From positions 2,294,001 through 2,358,000 of the forward strand of contig JBHGNT010000002.1 of assembly GCA_043228905.1 (NCBI GenBank): a stretch of 64,000 bases of DNA, in the 5' to 3' direction. Position numbers and translations under genes: made by a program. The stretch is from Azolla caroliniana (taxonomy: Eukaryota; Plantae; Polypodiophyta). A model generated the notes under the pieces. That model saw nothing but the letters and a program-made list of their open reading frames with translations. It made no database searches and was not told where the DNA came from. The stretch's first letter is position 1. The number at the start of each line of letters is the position of its first letter. Below, in pieces: positions 11,304 to 22,260 of the stretch.

Positions 11304-14300
11304 ATGAACATACATCATATGGCATCCCCAATACAAAACAACGGTGCAACAAAATTCACCGACATGGATCTAGAATTTTTGCAAGAACACCAAGAAAACC
11401 GTCAAACTTTCCAGATAGATCAACTAATACAAGCGGTATCTAACATCACAATACAATCAAATTTGACTAATCAGGCCATGCTATCTTTTTTCTCTTCGAA
11501 GATAGATAGACTCACTAATCGCCCAGATCCATGAGTATGACCTAAATCGTTCTCTGGTCTACCATTTGAGGAAATCCTTTCTTGGCTCAATCATTTTGAA
11601 ATAGTGACAAGCTATCATCAATGGCCTGAAACATGGAAAGCACTAGAGATGCAAACTTTATTGGAGGGCATCACAGCAACATGGTTCATACAACAAACAA
11701 AGGAGGCCAAGAACAATTGGTTGATACTTAAATCCCTCATGATCGGGAATTTCACTCACCATTACTCAACTCGGACAGCCCTGCAACAACTAGAGACAAT
11801 CAAACAACAACAACATGATAACAATTACTTACTCGTGCAAATCTGACAATGCCAGAATTGATGAAGGTATTCTTCTTATGGCCACGCCTACGCCCAGATA
11901 TACTCATTGAAGTAGCATTACAAACAGAACTCCAAACGGCATGGTCATCCAACGTCAATTCTGAGAAGTAGTGCAATAGCAATGCCATGCCAATGGAAGT
12001 CGATGTCCAGAACGCTCAACTACAAGCAAGAAGGACCCTGCCAACACGTGATGCACAAGGAAGACCTAAGTGTTTTTTTTGCAATAACTATGGGCGCGTG
12101 AAGAAACGTTGTCGAAAATAGAACAATCAAACACAAAAGCAGAATGTGCAACTACAATTGGCTAACAACAGTTATCGGGCTGACCTGTCGGAAAATTGAG
12201 TTGCGGGGTGTTCAAGGGAGCACAACCCCCGCACATACAAGCATCCGCATCCTCAAGTTCTCCCATGTGCATGGCCATTGCCACAATTCTCCATAGCCCA
12301 CACAAAGTTCTCTTCTACTCCGGTAGAGGCATATCTTCCATCAGCCAAGATTTTGTCGATCACCTTAGTCTTGCAACCTCCAACGCCCCCCCCCCCCCCC
12401 CCCCCCCGCCCCCCCATCAAGGTGTTGTTCGGCGATCACCAACGCCTATATAAGTCCAACACCACAACCGTCTACACACCCAAGCTTGGCCCAACCACAA
12501 TCACACACACCTTTTACATACTTCCACATCAATTGTTCCCACTCACACTCAAATGTGATTGGTTCATTAACTAGATTTCGATACACGTCACCTCACATTA
12601 CCGCAAGCAAGGCCAACCCCCCTGTTCACAAGCAAACACGACCACCAAATCACCAATGCATAGGTAACATTAAGCAAGGAGATTCGACTAAACGATGTGC
12701 AAAAGGTTTTAGCTCAATACCCCGCGCTAATCAACTCTTATGACAATCCCACTACAGTCTCATTCCCAGTCCAACATGTCATCAACACAGGCAATGCAAC
12801 ACCTGTCTGGACAACAACAAGATGACGTTCCCCTTTAGATCATGCACACATTGACCAGGTAATGAATGAGATGCTTCAAAAGGGGATCATCTCACCCTCA
12901 CATAATGATTGGGTATCAAAGCCACACATGGTAAGAAAGGATCACAACACATACCGATTTTGTGTTGACTTTTGCAAGCTCAATCAAGTCACCATCCACA
13001 ACCTTTACCCTCTGTTGTGAATCGATGATCTCTTAGACTAGTTGGGATGCTCGACGCACTTCACCTCTATCGATCTTGCGGTCGGATATTAGTAGATTCC
13101 AATGAACCCAAGAGACGCACATAAGACAACTTTTAGAACACGAAGAGGCCTATTCTAATTCAACATGATGCCATTTGGCTTGTCTGATGCAGGCAACACA
13201 TTTTAGCGGATGGAAAATTCAATATTCGCAGAGCTTATCTTTGACAGTACATTGCTCATATACCTGGATGACATTTTAACTTGACATATTCCCACATGGC
13301 CACAACACATTCAAGCATTACAAGCAATTCTACAACAAATACAACAACACAATCTGAAATTACAATGGAAGAAATGCAAATGGGGTAGCACCCAGCTAAA
13401 GTTTTTGGGCTACATCATTTCTGCCGAAGGCCTACAGATGGACCCAAAGAAAACCGAGGTTGTGACCAATTTTCCCCGACCAACCACAGTCAAGTCCTTG
13501 CAACATTTCTTAGGCATGGAGACTTTTTCGCTCCGATTCATTCCCAACATGGCCACCATAACAGCACCCCTACGACACCTATTACGAAAAGGCTCAACGT
13601 TTGAGTGGACAACAAAATGTGAGAATAGCTTCATCCAATTGAAAGATACACTACACCAAGCAGGTCAGTTGGCACACCCAAATTTTGCACACCCCTTCCT
13701 TTTGTAGCCAGATGCATCAAATCATGGATTGGGAGTTGTACTACTACAAGCAGATACAATAGGAGCAGAGCGCCTGATTTCCTATATAAGTCGATTCCTT
13801 ACTCCTGCAAAAAAAAATTACTCCACAACAGAAAAGGAATGGTTAACAATCGTATGCACTTTCACAAAGTTCCATCCCTATTTGCATGGCACCCACGTCA
13901 AGGTTGAAACAGACCACCAGCCCCTAATTTATCTAATTAACAAGCCACACCCACCAAGTCGTCTATTAAGATGGGCAATGGCTTNNNNNNNNNNNNNNNN
14001 NNNNNNNNNNNNNNNNNNNNNNNNNNNNNNNNNNNNNNNNNNNNNNNNNNNNNNNNNNNNNNNNNNNNNNNNNNNNNNNNNNNNAAGAAAGGATGAACAA
14101 GACGATTAAACAACAACTTACCACATTCATCGACCCATTACACACTACGTGCGACTTGATCCTACCCTTCATCATGCATGCGTATAACACCTCGGTGCAA
14201 GCCTCAACTCGAATCAGCCCTTTCCTAGTACTATATGGGTGAGACCCCCACTTACCCCCCAACAAAAATACTCAAGCCGACGCAATGGATTGGTGGCCAC

Positions 14301-14776
14301 ACTTGCAACACATCCAACCTATCTTACGACTGAGCATACACAAGAATCTACAACTACCTCAGTCACGACAAAAGCGGTGCTATGATAAAGGTCGTTGGGC
14401 GATAGAGTACGCAGCGGGAGCAAAGGTCCTAGTCTATTTCCCGATCCAGCGACGGGGACTCAATGAAGCAATGATGCATAGATGGATTGGCCCTTTTACT
14501 TTCATCCGATCAATGAGGGCCAACACCTATTCCCTCCGCCGAGATGCTATTGGACGGATGACCTATGCGCACGTGATGCGGATGAAACCATATGTCAACC
14601 ACTCCACAGATACTACCACAACTCAAGCATCACAAAAAGGAGCGACTCACCACGAGGTCCTTGCGATGACGAATCAGAAAACCCTTCAGTCACAACCAGC
14701 AAGCAGGACGAACCAGAGTCACCATCAAACACGAGCAACCGAGATGTCATCTGTAATGGCAACGCATCAGATGTAG
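11304..14776 (+). pseudogene. gag-pol pseudogene of element A
   Basis: Many stops and frameshifts. Recognisable CFFCNNYG knuckle remnant, YLDD (13261), ETDHQPL and RWIGPF motifs. Confidence 0.85.
13985..14084. other. Assembly gap (100 N)
   Basis: Run of N. The flanks skip most of the RNase H end and integrase of element A, so the true gap is probably larger than 100 bp. Confidence 0.95.
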
Positions 14777-15223
14777 CCCCCACAACAATGAATCAGAGGC
14801 ACCATCAGCACAACCAACATACACAGGTTTTTCTGAGGGGGGAGTTGTGAGATCGCATGGTAAACCCACAAGGCCAAACCCCTCACCTAACCCAAGTAAC
14901 TACCAAGGTTAGGGGAGTTATACCATAGCTTAGTTATTTATACTATAGTTGAGTTAAAGGTTCGTTAGAGGTAACTAGAGGAGTAACTAAAGGTGTGGCC
15001 AAGATAACATAAGGTAGCTTGTAGTGTACTACGAAACTCTATAAAGGGTCTAGATGTAATGGAAAATGGGAAAAAAGTTTGGGGCATTTTATAATATGAT
15101 ATCTATGTTTTACTATTATCATTGTTATTTTCAAAGTATTGTTTATTATCTTTTATTTTTATTTTTATTTTTATTAATCAACTAATTTATATTTATTGTA
15201 TATTATTATTGTTATTATTTATT

Positions 15224-15266
<43 letters not shown>

Positions 15267-16239
15267 GGGGGGACGTGGCCAATTGCAAACGATGACAACC
15301 AACTGACAACAGGACGCGAGAGGTATGGGGATGGATGAGTGAGAAGGTCTATGTGTGAAGTTTTGTTGTGTGTATGTGCAAATATGCATAAGAGTGGGTG
15401 TGAGTGTAAGTATCTTAGTATGTGTATGAACACATGCACCTGTGTGTGTATGTGTCTAGATATGAAAGAGTGTGAGTGAGTTGGATGTGTGAATGGATAG
15501 AGGGGTATGCACCCATATGTATCACATTGATGTATGATCCTCTTGTACTATATAGCCCCATATGGGGTATGAATTCCAATCGTGGGGCACACAGTTACAC
15601 AAATTTAGAGAAAAATCGATGAAAGGATGATTGCCACAATTGTCGTATCAAAAAACTTCTACATCGACTTGAAGATTTCACCTTGAGGGTTATGATGGAA
15701 TTTTTGGATCTCAATTTCGACTTCCAAACGAAAAGTTGCGTCGATATGTAATTTTTTGGATGGTGGGTGTCGCACCAATGTCTCATCCACAAGATGCCGC
15801 CCGAAGGAGGCGGATTAAAAACATCATTTTTGTTTTTAACCTTTTTTAAAAACTAATTGATTACTTTGCATATATTTGTTATTATTTGCTATGTAGTTGC
15901 TATTTATCCATTATGATTAATATTATTATCACTATGATTATTTGTAATTAGTTATTGGTGTATGATTCTTCTATTTTATATATATTTTTGTATTGATTTA
16001 TTTGTAGATATTGTGAAATGCTCAAGATGTGAAATGCTCTCAAGAATAGCCCTCCTTTTCATTATGTCTCAAGTTACATTTTATAGACTCTCTCTTAGCG
16101 TGGAGGGTGTTCTCCCGCTCCAATTAGCTCTACTAATTATGGGGCTTGGTGGGGGCCTAGTTTGGGTGTGGTGCATGAGGCTTGGTAGGGGCCTAATTTG
16201 GGTGTGGTCTATGTGTGGTGCATGGGGCTTGGTAGGGGC

Positions 16240-19200
16240 CTAATCTAGGTGTGGTCCATGTGACCACCACAATTCCCCCTTGTAAAAAAAAAAGTTACTG
16301 TGCAGTCGAAGCGCGACGAGGCGTGGACGACGGTTCCAGACGGGGGGATGACACGGGCGTGGGCGTAGGCATGAGTGTGGGCGGGGCGGTGGTAGTTGAT
16401 GGAAGGGCTTCATGCGAGACTGGTGAGCAAAGGTAGAGCGGTTGTTGGAGGCGCGGCGGAGCAGGTATGTAGTGTCGCGTATCTGCTTTTGAACTTCGAA
16501 GGGACCGATCCATCGGTGCATGAGCGATTCGCTCAGACCGCGACGACGGATGGGGAAGTAGACGAGGACTTTGTCACCGACATGGTATTGATGGTCGACA
16601 CGGCCTATATCGTGTTGTCGTTTTTGGCGTAGTTGTGCCTGGTGCAGGTTGCTCGTGATGGCTTTGCGGAGGAGGGGCTGGAGTTGTTGTAGGTGGGACC
16701 ACCAAGACACTGCGTCAACGTGGAGTCGTGTGGTTGGTTGCGGGACTGCCACTTCTCGGGGTAAGCGCGGGTCCCTTCCGTAAAGGGCCCGAAATGGGCT
16801 AATGAGGGTAGAGTCTTGCACAGTTGTGTTGTAGGCATGCGTAACGAAGGGCAAGATTCGGTCCCAAGTTGAGTGCAGCGGATTGATGTAGGCTGAGATT
16901 TGTTGTTTTAAGGTTCGATTGAGGCGCTCCGTCAACCCATTCGTTTGCGGATGGTAGGGTGACGTGAATAACTGTTGGATTCCTAGTTGTGTTGAAACGA
17001 GGCGTAGGAGCTCACCGTTGAACTGGGGTCCTCGATCGGACAAGATTTGGAGTGGGCAACCGTGGGGGAAGATGATTTTCTCCAATAGTTTGGAGGCGAT
17101 GGTCATAGCCTTTGCATCTGGGATAGCGGCCGTCTCAGCCCAACGCGTCAAGTACTCGGTGATGACGAGGATGAATTTGTTCCCTCCTTGTGACTCGGGA
17201 AAGGGGCCCATAATGTCCCATCCGACGATTTCAAATGGAGCTTGAACTTGTATCGGATGTAAGAGGCCTTGAGCCACTTGAGGTGATTTGATGGCCTGAC
17301 ATAAGTTGCATGCTTTGATGTAGGAGGCGACCTCGTGGCGTAGCCCAGGCCAATAGAATTTGCGACGAATTTTGTCGAGCACCTTATGAAAACCCAAGTG
17401 GCCGGACAACGGGTGATCGTGGAAGAAACGAAGGTAAGACTGGCGTAGTTGCTCAGGCACGTAGACTCGGGGTTCTTTGCCTACTTGACAAAACAGTAGG
17501 ACATTATCCTGGATCATGAATTGCTTGGTGAGGGATGATGTCGGTTCAGCTCGTAGGCGGTGGCAGATATCTTGGATTTGTTTGTCGTGTTGTTGCATGT
17601 TGGCCATTTGGGATGAGGATATGGGGAAATCGATTGTGTTGGAGGTGATCTGGTTCGCCTGAAAGGATATGCAGGATAATCCATCGGCGACGATGTTTTG
17701 TGGACCATGGCGATAGCGCAGAGTGAATGTGTAATCCTGTAGCGCCAAAACCCAACGAAGTAAGCGGCCGGGTGGATGAGCCTTCTTTATGAGGGAGAGC
17801 AATGGCTGATGGTCGGTTTCGACTGATGTATTTGATCCGTGAAGGTATGGGTGGAAACGATGGAATGCCCAGACGATGGCGAGGAACTCTTTTTCAGTTG
17901 TCGAGTAATTTTGTTCGGCTTTGGTAAGTGACCGACTGATGTAGGCAATCGGGCGGAGTTGGTCGTTGTCGTCGGATTGGAGCAGGACCGCACCAAGGCC
18001 GACATTGGAGGCATCCGTCTGCAGATGGAAAGGCTTCGTGAAATCAGGGTGGGCCAGGAGGTCAGAGGCTTGGAGTGTTCTCTTGAGCTGCAGGAAGCTG
18101 GATTCGCAGGCTTCGGTCCACAGGAAGGGTGCGTCTTTTTGTAGGTGCGCGCGTAGTGGGGCTGACAGGTCAGCTAGCCGTGGGATGAAACGAAGAGAGA
18201 ACGTGAGGAGGCCGAGGAAGCGTTGAAGCTGCTTGACTATGGTGGGGCGTGGGGATTTTTGGACTGCTTCTGTCTTCTCCGGGTCCATTTGTATTCCGTC
18301 GGAGAAGATGACGTACCCAAGGAAGCGGAGGCACGTACTACCCCATCGGCACTTCTTCCATTGCAGCTGCAATCGATAGCGTTGAACACAAGTTAGGACC
18401 TCCCGAAGGACTTGAAGGTGTTCTGGCCAAGTGCTTGTATGTACCAGAATATCGTCTAGATAGACGATGACGACACGGCGGGTGATGAGATCATCGAAGA
18501 TGGCATTAGCCATTCGCTGGAATGTGCTCCCCGCATCAGATAGGCCAAAGGGCATCCGTTTGAACTGAAAAATGCCTTTCCTAGTGCGGAATGCAGTTTT
18601 GTGGGCATCGTGAGGATTCATCGGGATCTGCCAATATCCCGAGGCTAGATCGAGGGAGGTGAAGTACTTTGATTTGCCAAGCTGGTCGAGGAGGTCATCG
18701 ATACGAGGGAGAGGGTATCGGTCATGGGTGGTGACATGGTTCAGTTGTCGGAAGTCGACACAAAAGCGGTAAGAACCATCCCCTTTCTTTACCATGTGTG
18801 GCTCCGAGATCCACTCGCTCTTGGAAGGTGTGATAATCCCTTGTTGGAGCATAGTTTTGACAGTGTTGTCGATGCGCACGTGGTCGAGAGGCGAGCGACG
18901 TCGGGGAGCTGCGTTGATGGGGCGGGCGTTGCCTGTAGGAATCGTGTGGTGAATCGGAAAACGAACCGAGGGAGGTTTTACAGGTGGTGTAGACAACGAG
19001 GGAAAGGTGGCGAGGAGCCGTCTGATGTCGTTGATGCGCTCCGCCGGTGATATCAGGTATTGTGTGTTGCTGATGTGGGTGGTATCCTGCGGAGTAGTGA
19101 AGAGCGCGATCGGAATGTGATTTGGGAGGATGAGCTGTTGTGCGGAGAAATCGAGACAGGCTCGACTATGGAGGAACCAATCACATCCCAAGGTGATTGG

Positions 19201-19578
19201 GAACAACTGGCGCGGGAGGACGTAGAAACGATGGTGGATCTGGGCGGAACTAATGGTGAGCATGCACCTGACTTGCGTATGTGAGTGGTACACCCGTTGT
19301 TGGTCGCCGAAGAGGATTTTAATGGGCGGTGCGTGGCTCGTGGGAAGTTGTAATTGGGTGACTAAATCTGCGCTGATGGAAGAGATGCTGCTGCCGGAGT
19401 CGAGGAGAACTTCTTGGGTTGTGTGCTGGAGGCGGGCGATTGTGGTACAAATGGGCGAAGTTGATGAAGTGGAGGCGTGGACGTGCGGGGGCGGCTCGAT
19501 CGTGGGAGAAACAGGAGAAGTTGAGGACGTGGAGACGTGGACGTGCGGGGGCGGCTCTCCCTGCGGCACCCCGCGCAT
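16240..19578 (-). CDS. pol: Pol polyprotein (protease-RT-RNase H-integrase), -1 frame relative to gag, no chromodomain
   Basis: 1112-aa ORF with LLDSGS, YRFCVDFR, MPFGL, YLDD, TDAS, TDH, H-x6-H...CxxC, WDIMGP, SDRG, NGLTER and GPF. Confidence 0.95.
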   Translation of the reverse strand: MRGVPQGEPPPHVHVSTSSTSPVSPTIEPPPHVHASTSSTSPICTTIARLQHTTQEVLLDSGSSISSISADLVTQLQLPTSHAPPIKILFGDQQRVYHSHTQVRCMLTISSAQIHHRFYVLPRQLFPITLGCDWFLHSRACLDFSAQQLILPNHIPIALFTTPQDTTHISNTQYLISPAERINDIRRLLATFPSLSTPPVKPPSVRFPIHHTIPTGNARPINAAPRRRSPLDHVRIDNTVKTMLQQGIITPSKSEWISEPHMVKKGDGSYRFCVDFRQLNHVTTHDRYPLPRIDDLLDQLGKSKYFTSLDLASGYWQIPMNPHDAHKTAFRTRKGIFQFKRMPFGLSDAGSTFQRMANAIFDDLITRRVVIVYLDDILVHTSTWPEHLQVLREVLTCVQRYRLQLQWKKCRWGSTCLRFLGYVIFSDGIQMDPEKTEAVQKSPRPTIVKQLQRFLGLLTFSLRFIPRLADLSAPLRAHLQKDAPFLWTEACESSFLQLKRTLQASDLLAHPDFTKPFHLQTDASNVGLGAVLLQSDDNDQLRPIAYISRSLTKAEQNYSTTEKEFLAIVWAFHRFHPYLHGSNTSVETDHQPLLSLIKKAHPPGRLLRWVLALQDYTFTLRYRHGPQNIVADGLSCISFQANQITSNTIDFPISSSQMANMQQHDKQIQDICHRLRAEPTSSLTKQFMIQDNVLLFCQVGKEPRVYVPEQLRQSYLRFFHDHPLSGHLGFHKVLDKIRRKFYWPGLRHEVASYIKACNLCQAIKSPQVAQGLLHPIQVQAPFEIVGWDIMGPFPESQGGNKFILVITEYLTRWAETAAIPDAKAMTIASKLLEKIIFPHGCPLQILSDRGPQFNGELLRLVSTQLGIQQLFTSPYHPQTNGLTERLNRTLKQQISAYINPLHSTWDRILPFVTHAYNTTVQDSTLISPFRALYGRDPRLPREVAVPQPTTRLHVDAVSWWSHLQQLQPLLRKAITSNLHQAQLRQKRQHDIGRVDHQYHVGDKVLVYFPIRRRGLSESLMHRWIGPFEVQKQIRDTTYLLRRASNNRSTFAHQSRMKPFHQLPPPRPHSCLRPRPCHPPVWNRRPRLVALRLHSNFFFYKGELWWSHGPHLD

Positions 19579-20528
19579 TAGTTTTCCGGGAGCTCAGAGA
19601 GGGAGGCAGCGTCAGCCAATTGGATGTTCTGCTTCTGTTGGTGATTCTGCCACTTTCGGCAGTGACGCCGAATGTGGCCATAGTTGTTGCAGTAGAAACA
19701 TTTGGGGCGTCCCTGGCTGTCTCGTTCAGGCAATGCACGCTTGGCACGTAATTGCGCGTTCTGGATGTCGATGTCCATGGGAGTGACGGCTGGTATAGTG
19801 TTTGTATGATCATGACTGAGATTACCTGGTGTGTGCATGTCGTGCGCGTCTGCAGCTTCGATGCGTTGGGCAGTGAGGATGGCTTCGTGTAGTGTCGTCG
19901 GGCCTTGATCGCGTACACGGCGGCGGAGGTCATGTCGTATACGCGGCCAGAAAAAAAACAACTTCATGTCCTCCGACATGTTGGCGTCCGCCCGGCGTAG
20001 GATCTGCACAAAACGAACCGCGAACTGGGTGATGGGTTCGCGTGGTTGTTGGGTAATTGACTCAAGTTGTTGTAGGGCCGTCTGGCGGGAGTCTTGATGA
20101 GCAAAATTCCGAATCATGGCTGCCCGTAACAGATCCCAGTCGTTGCGTGTCTCTTCGGGTTGTTGTACAAGCCATGTTGCCGCGATATTCTCGAGGAGTG
20201 TCTTCATCTCCATTGCCTTCCGAGGGTGTGGCCACTGGTGGTAACTGGCCACCATTTCGAAATGATCCAGCCAAGAGAGGACGTCTTCCGATGGTAGGCC
20301 GGAGAACGGTTTTGGGCGAACTCGAGAGTCCGGGAGATTTTGTTGTGGCTCGGATCGTGCTGAAAGAAAGGACAACATGGCTTGGTTAGTATGGTTAACT
20401 TGTAAAATGATGTTGGACAGAGCTTGAACCAGTTGGTCGATTGGCGATGTGGGCTGGTGTCCTTGATTGTGTTGTAGGAATTCCGGATTCATCGAGTTTG
20501 CGTTGCCGTCATTGTTGTCGTGTTGCAT
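19578..20528 (-). CDS. gag: Gag with CCHC zinc knuckle
   Basis: First ATG after the PBS is at 20528. Motifs PKPFSG...WLDHF, QQPREPI, PMDID and CFYCNNYGHIRRHC. Confidence 0.9.
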   Translation of the reverse strand: MQHDNNDGNANSMNPEFLQHNQGHQPTSPIDQLVQALSNIILQVNHTNQAMLSFLSARSEPQQNLPDSRVRPKPFSGLPSEDVLSWLDHFEMVASYHQWPHPRKAMEMKTLLENIAATWLVQQPEETRNDWDLLRAAMIRNFAHQDSRQTALQQLESITQQPREPITQFAVRFVQILRRADANMSEDMKLFFFWPRIRHDLRRRVRDQGPTTLHEAILTAQRIEAADAHDMHTPGNLSHDHTNTIPAVTPMDIDIQNAQLRAKRALPERDSQGRPKCFYCNNYGHIRRHCRKWQNHQQKQNIQLADAASLSELPEN

Positions 20529-22002
20529 CGTGGCGGGCGTTGTTGGGGTCGTGAGTTGGGGTGGCTTGGCCCGTCTTCTCCACCAAGATGTGAAATGCTC
20601 AAGATGTGAAATGCTCTCAAGAATAGCCCTCCTTTTCATTATGTCTCAAGTTACATTTTATAGACTCTCTCTTAGCGTGGAGGGTGTTCTCCCGCTCCAA
20701 TTAGCTCTACTAATTATGGGGCTTGGTGGGGGCCTAGTTTGGGTGTGGTGCATGAGGCTTGGTAGGGGCCTAATTTGGGTGTGGTCTATGTGTGGTGCAT
20801 GGGGCTTGGTAGGGGCCTAATCTAGGTGTGGTCCATGTGACCACCACAATATACATGTACTTCAAAATACATATAGTACATACATACTTATTAAAAAAAC
20901 TTAGCTCCAAATGTCATAAATATTAAGAAAAGAACTAAAAAGTGCAAACAAAAGCTTAAAATCATTTGAGAAACCTTGTAAGCAAATATGTTTTACTTTT
21001 TACAATCTTAGGGCAATGAACGTGCTCAATATTTCCACAATATAATTACAAGTTATAGGTTTTGGGAGAGATTAGAGTTTTAAATTAAAGTTGAGCAATG
21101 AAGCCTTTTCATTTTACATTGAAAACTTTGTTATATTTTTTTATTGTTTAGTTATAGAGTTTTGTATATTTTTAAGCCTACATTAGTAACAATTGTTGTG
21201 AACTTCTTGCATTGCCTTCTAGTTCCTAAATGTTGTTACAATGGATGATAATTTGCTTGCATCATGGACCTACATGAAGCTGCTTGATGGTATTATTATA
21301 GAGATTACATGTTTGTGCTATTCTTCTTAAAACATTGCCTTTGATCCTAAAACTTAAATGTAATGCCTAAAGGGAGGAGCAAAGGGAGGAGCAAAAGTTT
21401 TGATTGACTGAGATAGATAGCTAGATATCTTTGCAACGTCCTTGGGAGACTGATTGCAATTTACTGTTTGAAATTGTAAACTCGATGCAATTGCAACTAC
21501 TATGTCAACTTTATTTTAAAATAGAATGAGGTATAAAAGTGCATATTTTATAACTTTTGAACAATATGGTTTCATATTTTGGTGTTACTTATCTAATACA
21601 ACACGTCATGCATAAGCATCCAAATCAATTGATACATTGGTTTGCGAAAATACCTTATTCATTGAGAATCTATTGAGGCATCATGAAGCGACTCTAATGC
21701 ATCCCATCCTTCAAACTATTTCTTTAAATCTTGCTTTTATTCGAGACTCAAAATTTCGCTTTTTGTTCTTGTGAGTTGAAGATTTGTTGCATGCTTGCTT
21801 CAATGTTATATCCAAACTTTTAAACTATGTATAAGAACCCAAGTTCATACCAATGACAATGATACTCATCAATGACCATCTTAATGCCTAGGTGTCTCCT
21901 TAGTAATTCCTTAGAGAATCTCTACATTTAAGCTAACATTTCATTAAATCAACCATGGATATTGGTTTTCAAACTATGAAACAATAAACACAAACTAAAC
22001 TC

Positions 22003-22260
22003 CTTCCATTAGTTATAAAATTTTACAATTATGAATGTTATATACAAACCCCAAAAGGGACTTGATAGTTCCATCTTATGTGGAGGCCCATGGACTGAAG
22101 AAGGGTCGAGGACAACCATTGCTAGATGAAGGCTAATCGTTGTCTTTCGACTCCATCAGATCTGCCCGTGATGTCATCGTATTGCCTCTTTACCGTGACT
22201 ACAGCTTCACTCCATATCTCCTACAATAACGTCGCCTAGTGCACAGATTGATTGGAGAAG
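22003..22260 (-). mobile_element. 3'-terminal LINE fragment
   Basis: Minus strand encodes ...KRQYDDITGRSDGVERQRLAFI*QW...IRWNY, matching the ORF2 C-termini of the other LINEs here. Homologous to 54811-55100. Confidence 0.7.

Larger units (their letters stand above)
7191..15093 (+). mobile_element. Degenerate Ty3/Gypsy element A (relative of the intact element at 16012-20848), interrupted by nested insertions and an assembly gap
   Basis: Diverged ~250-bp LTRs at 7191-7441 and 14846-15093. PBS TGGTGGAGAAGAC at 7447, PPT GAGGGGGGAG at ~14835. ATAT on both flanks. Gag/pol remnants collinear with the intact copy. Confidence 0.85.
16012..20848 (-). mobile_element. Intact, recently inserted Ty3/Gypsy LTR retrotransposon (4,837 bp)
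   Basis: Two 260-bp LTRs (16012-16271, 20589-20848) that look identical, with TG...CA ends. 4-bp TSD ATAT (16008-11, 20849-52). PBS TGGTGGAGA (20585-20577), PPT AAGGGGGAAT (16281-16272). Open gag and pol. Confidence 0.97.

Noticed and set aside
12387-12416. Poly-C / poly-Pro stretch (also poly-G at 31674 and 39451)
   Set aside because: Homopolymer expansions of uncertain length, with no evidence of function.
15263-15830. Possible DNA-transposon or Helitron end (CCGCC...GGCGG hairpin at ~15797)
   Set aside because: No CTRR terminus, TIR partner or TSD was found.
15962-16243. Membrane-protein-like ORF repeated at 20467-20820 (possible env or antisense gene)
   Set aside because: It is the antisense translation of the identical LTRs, and its start codons lie outside the LTR.
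20529-20639. Gag N-terminal extension from the ORF track
   Set aside because: Starts inside the LTR upstream of the PBS. The ATG at 20528 is more plausible.
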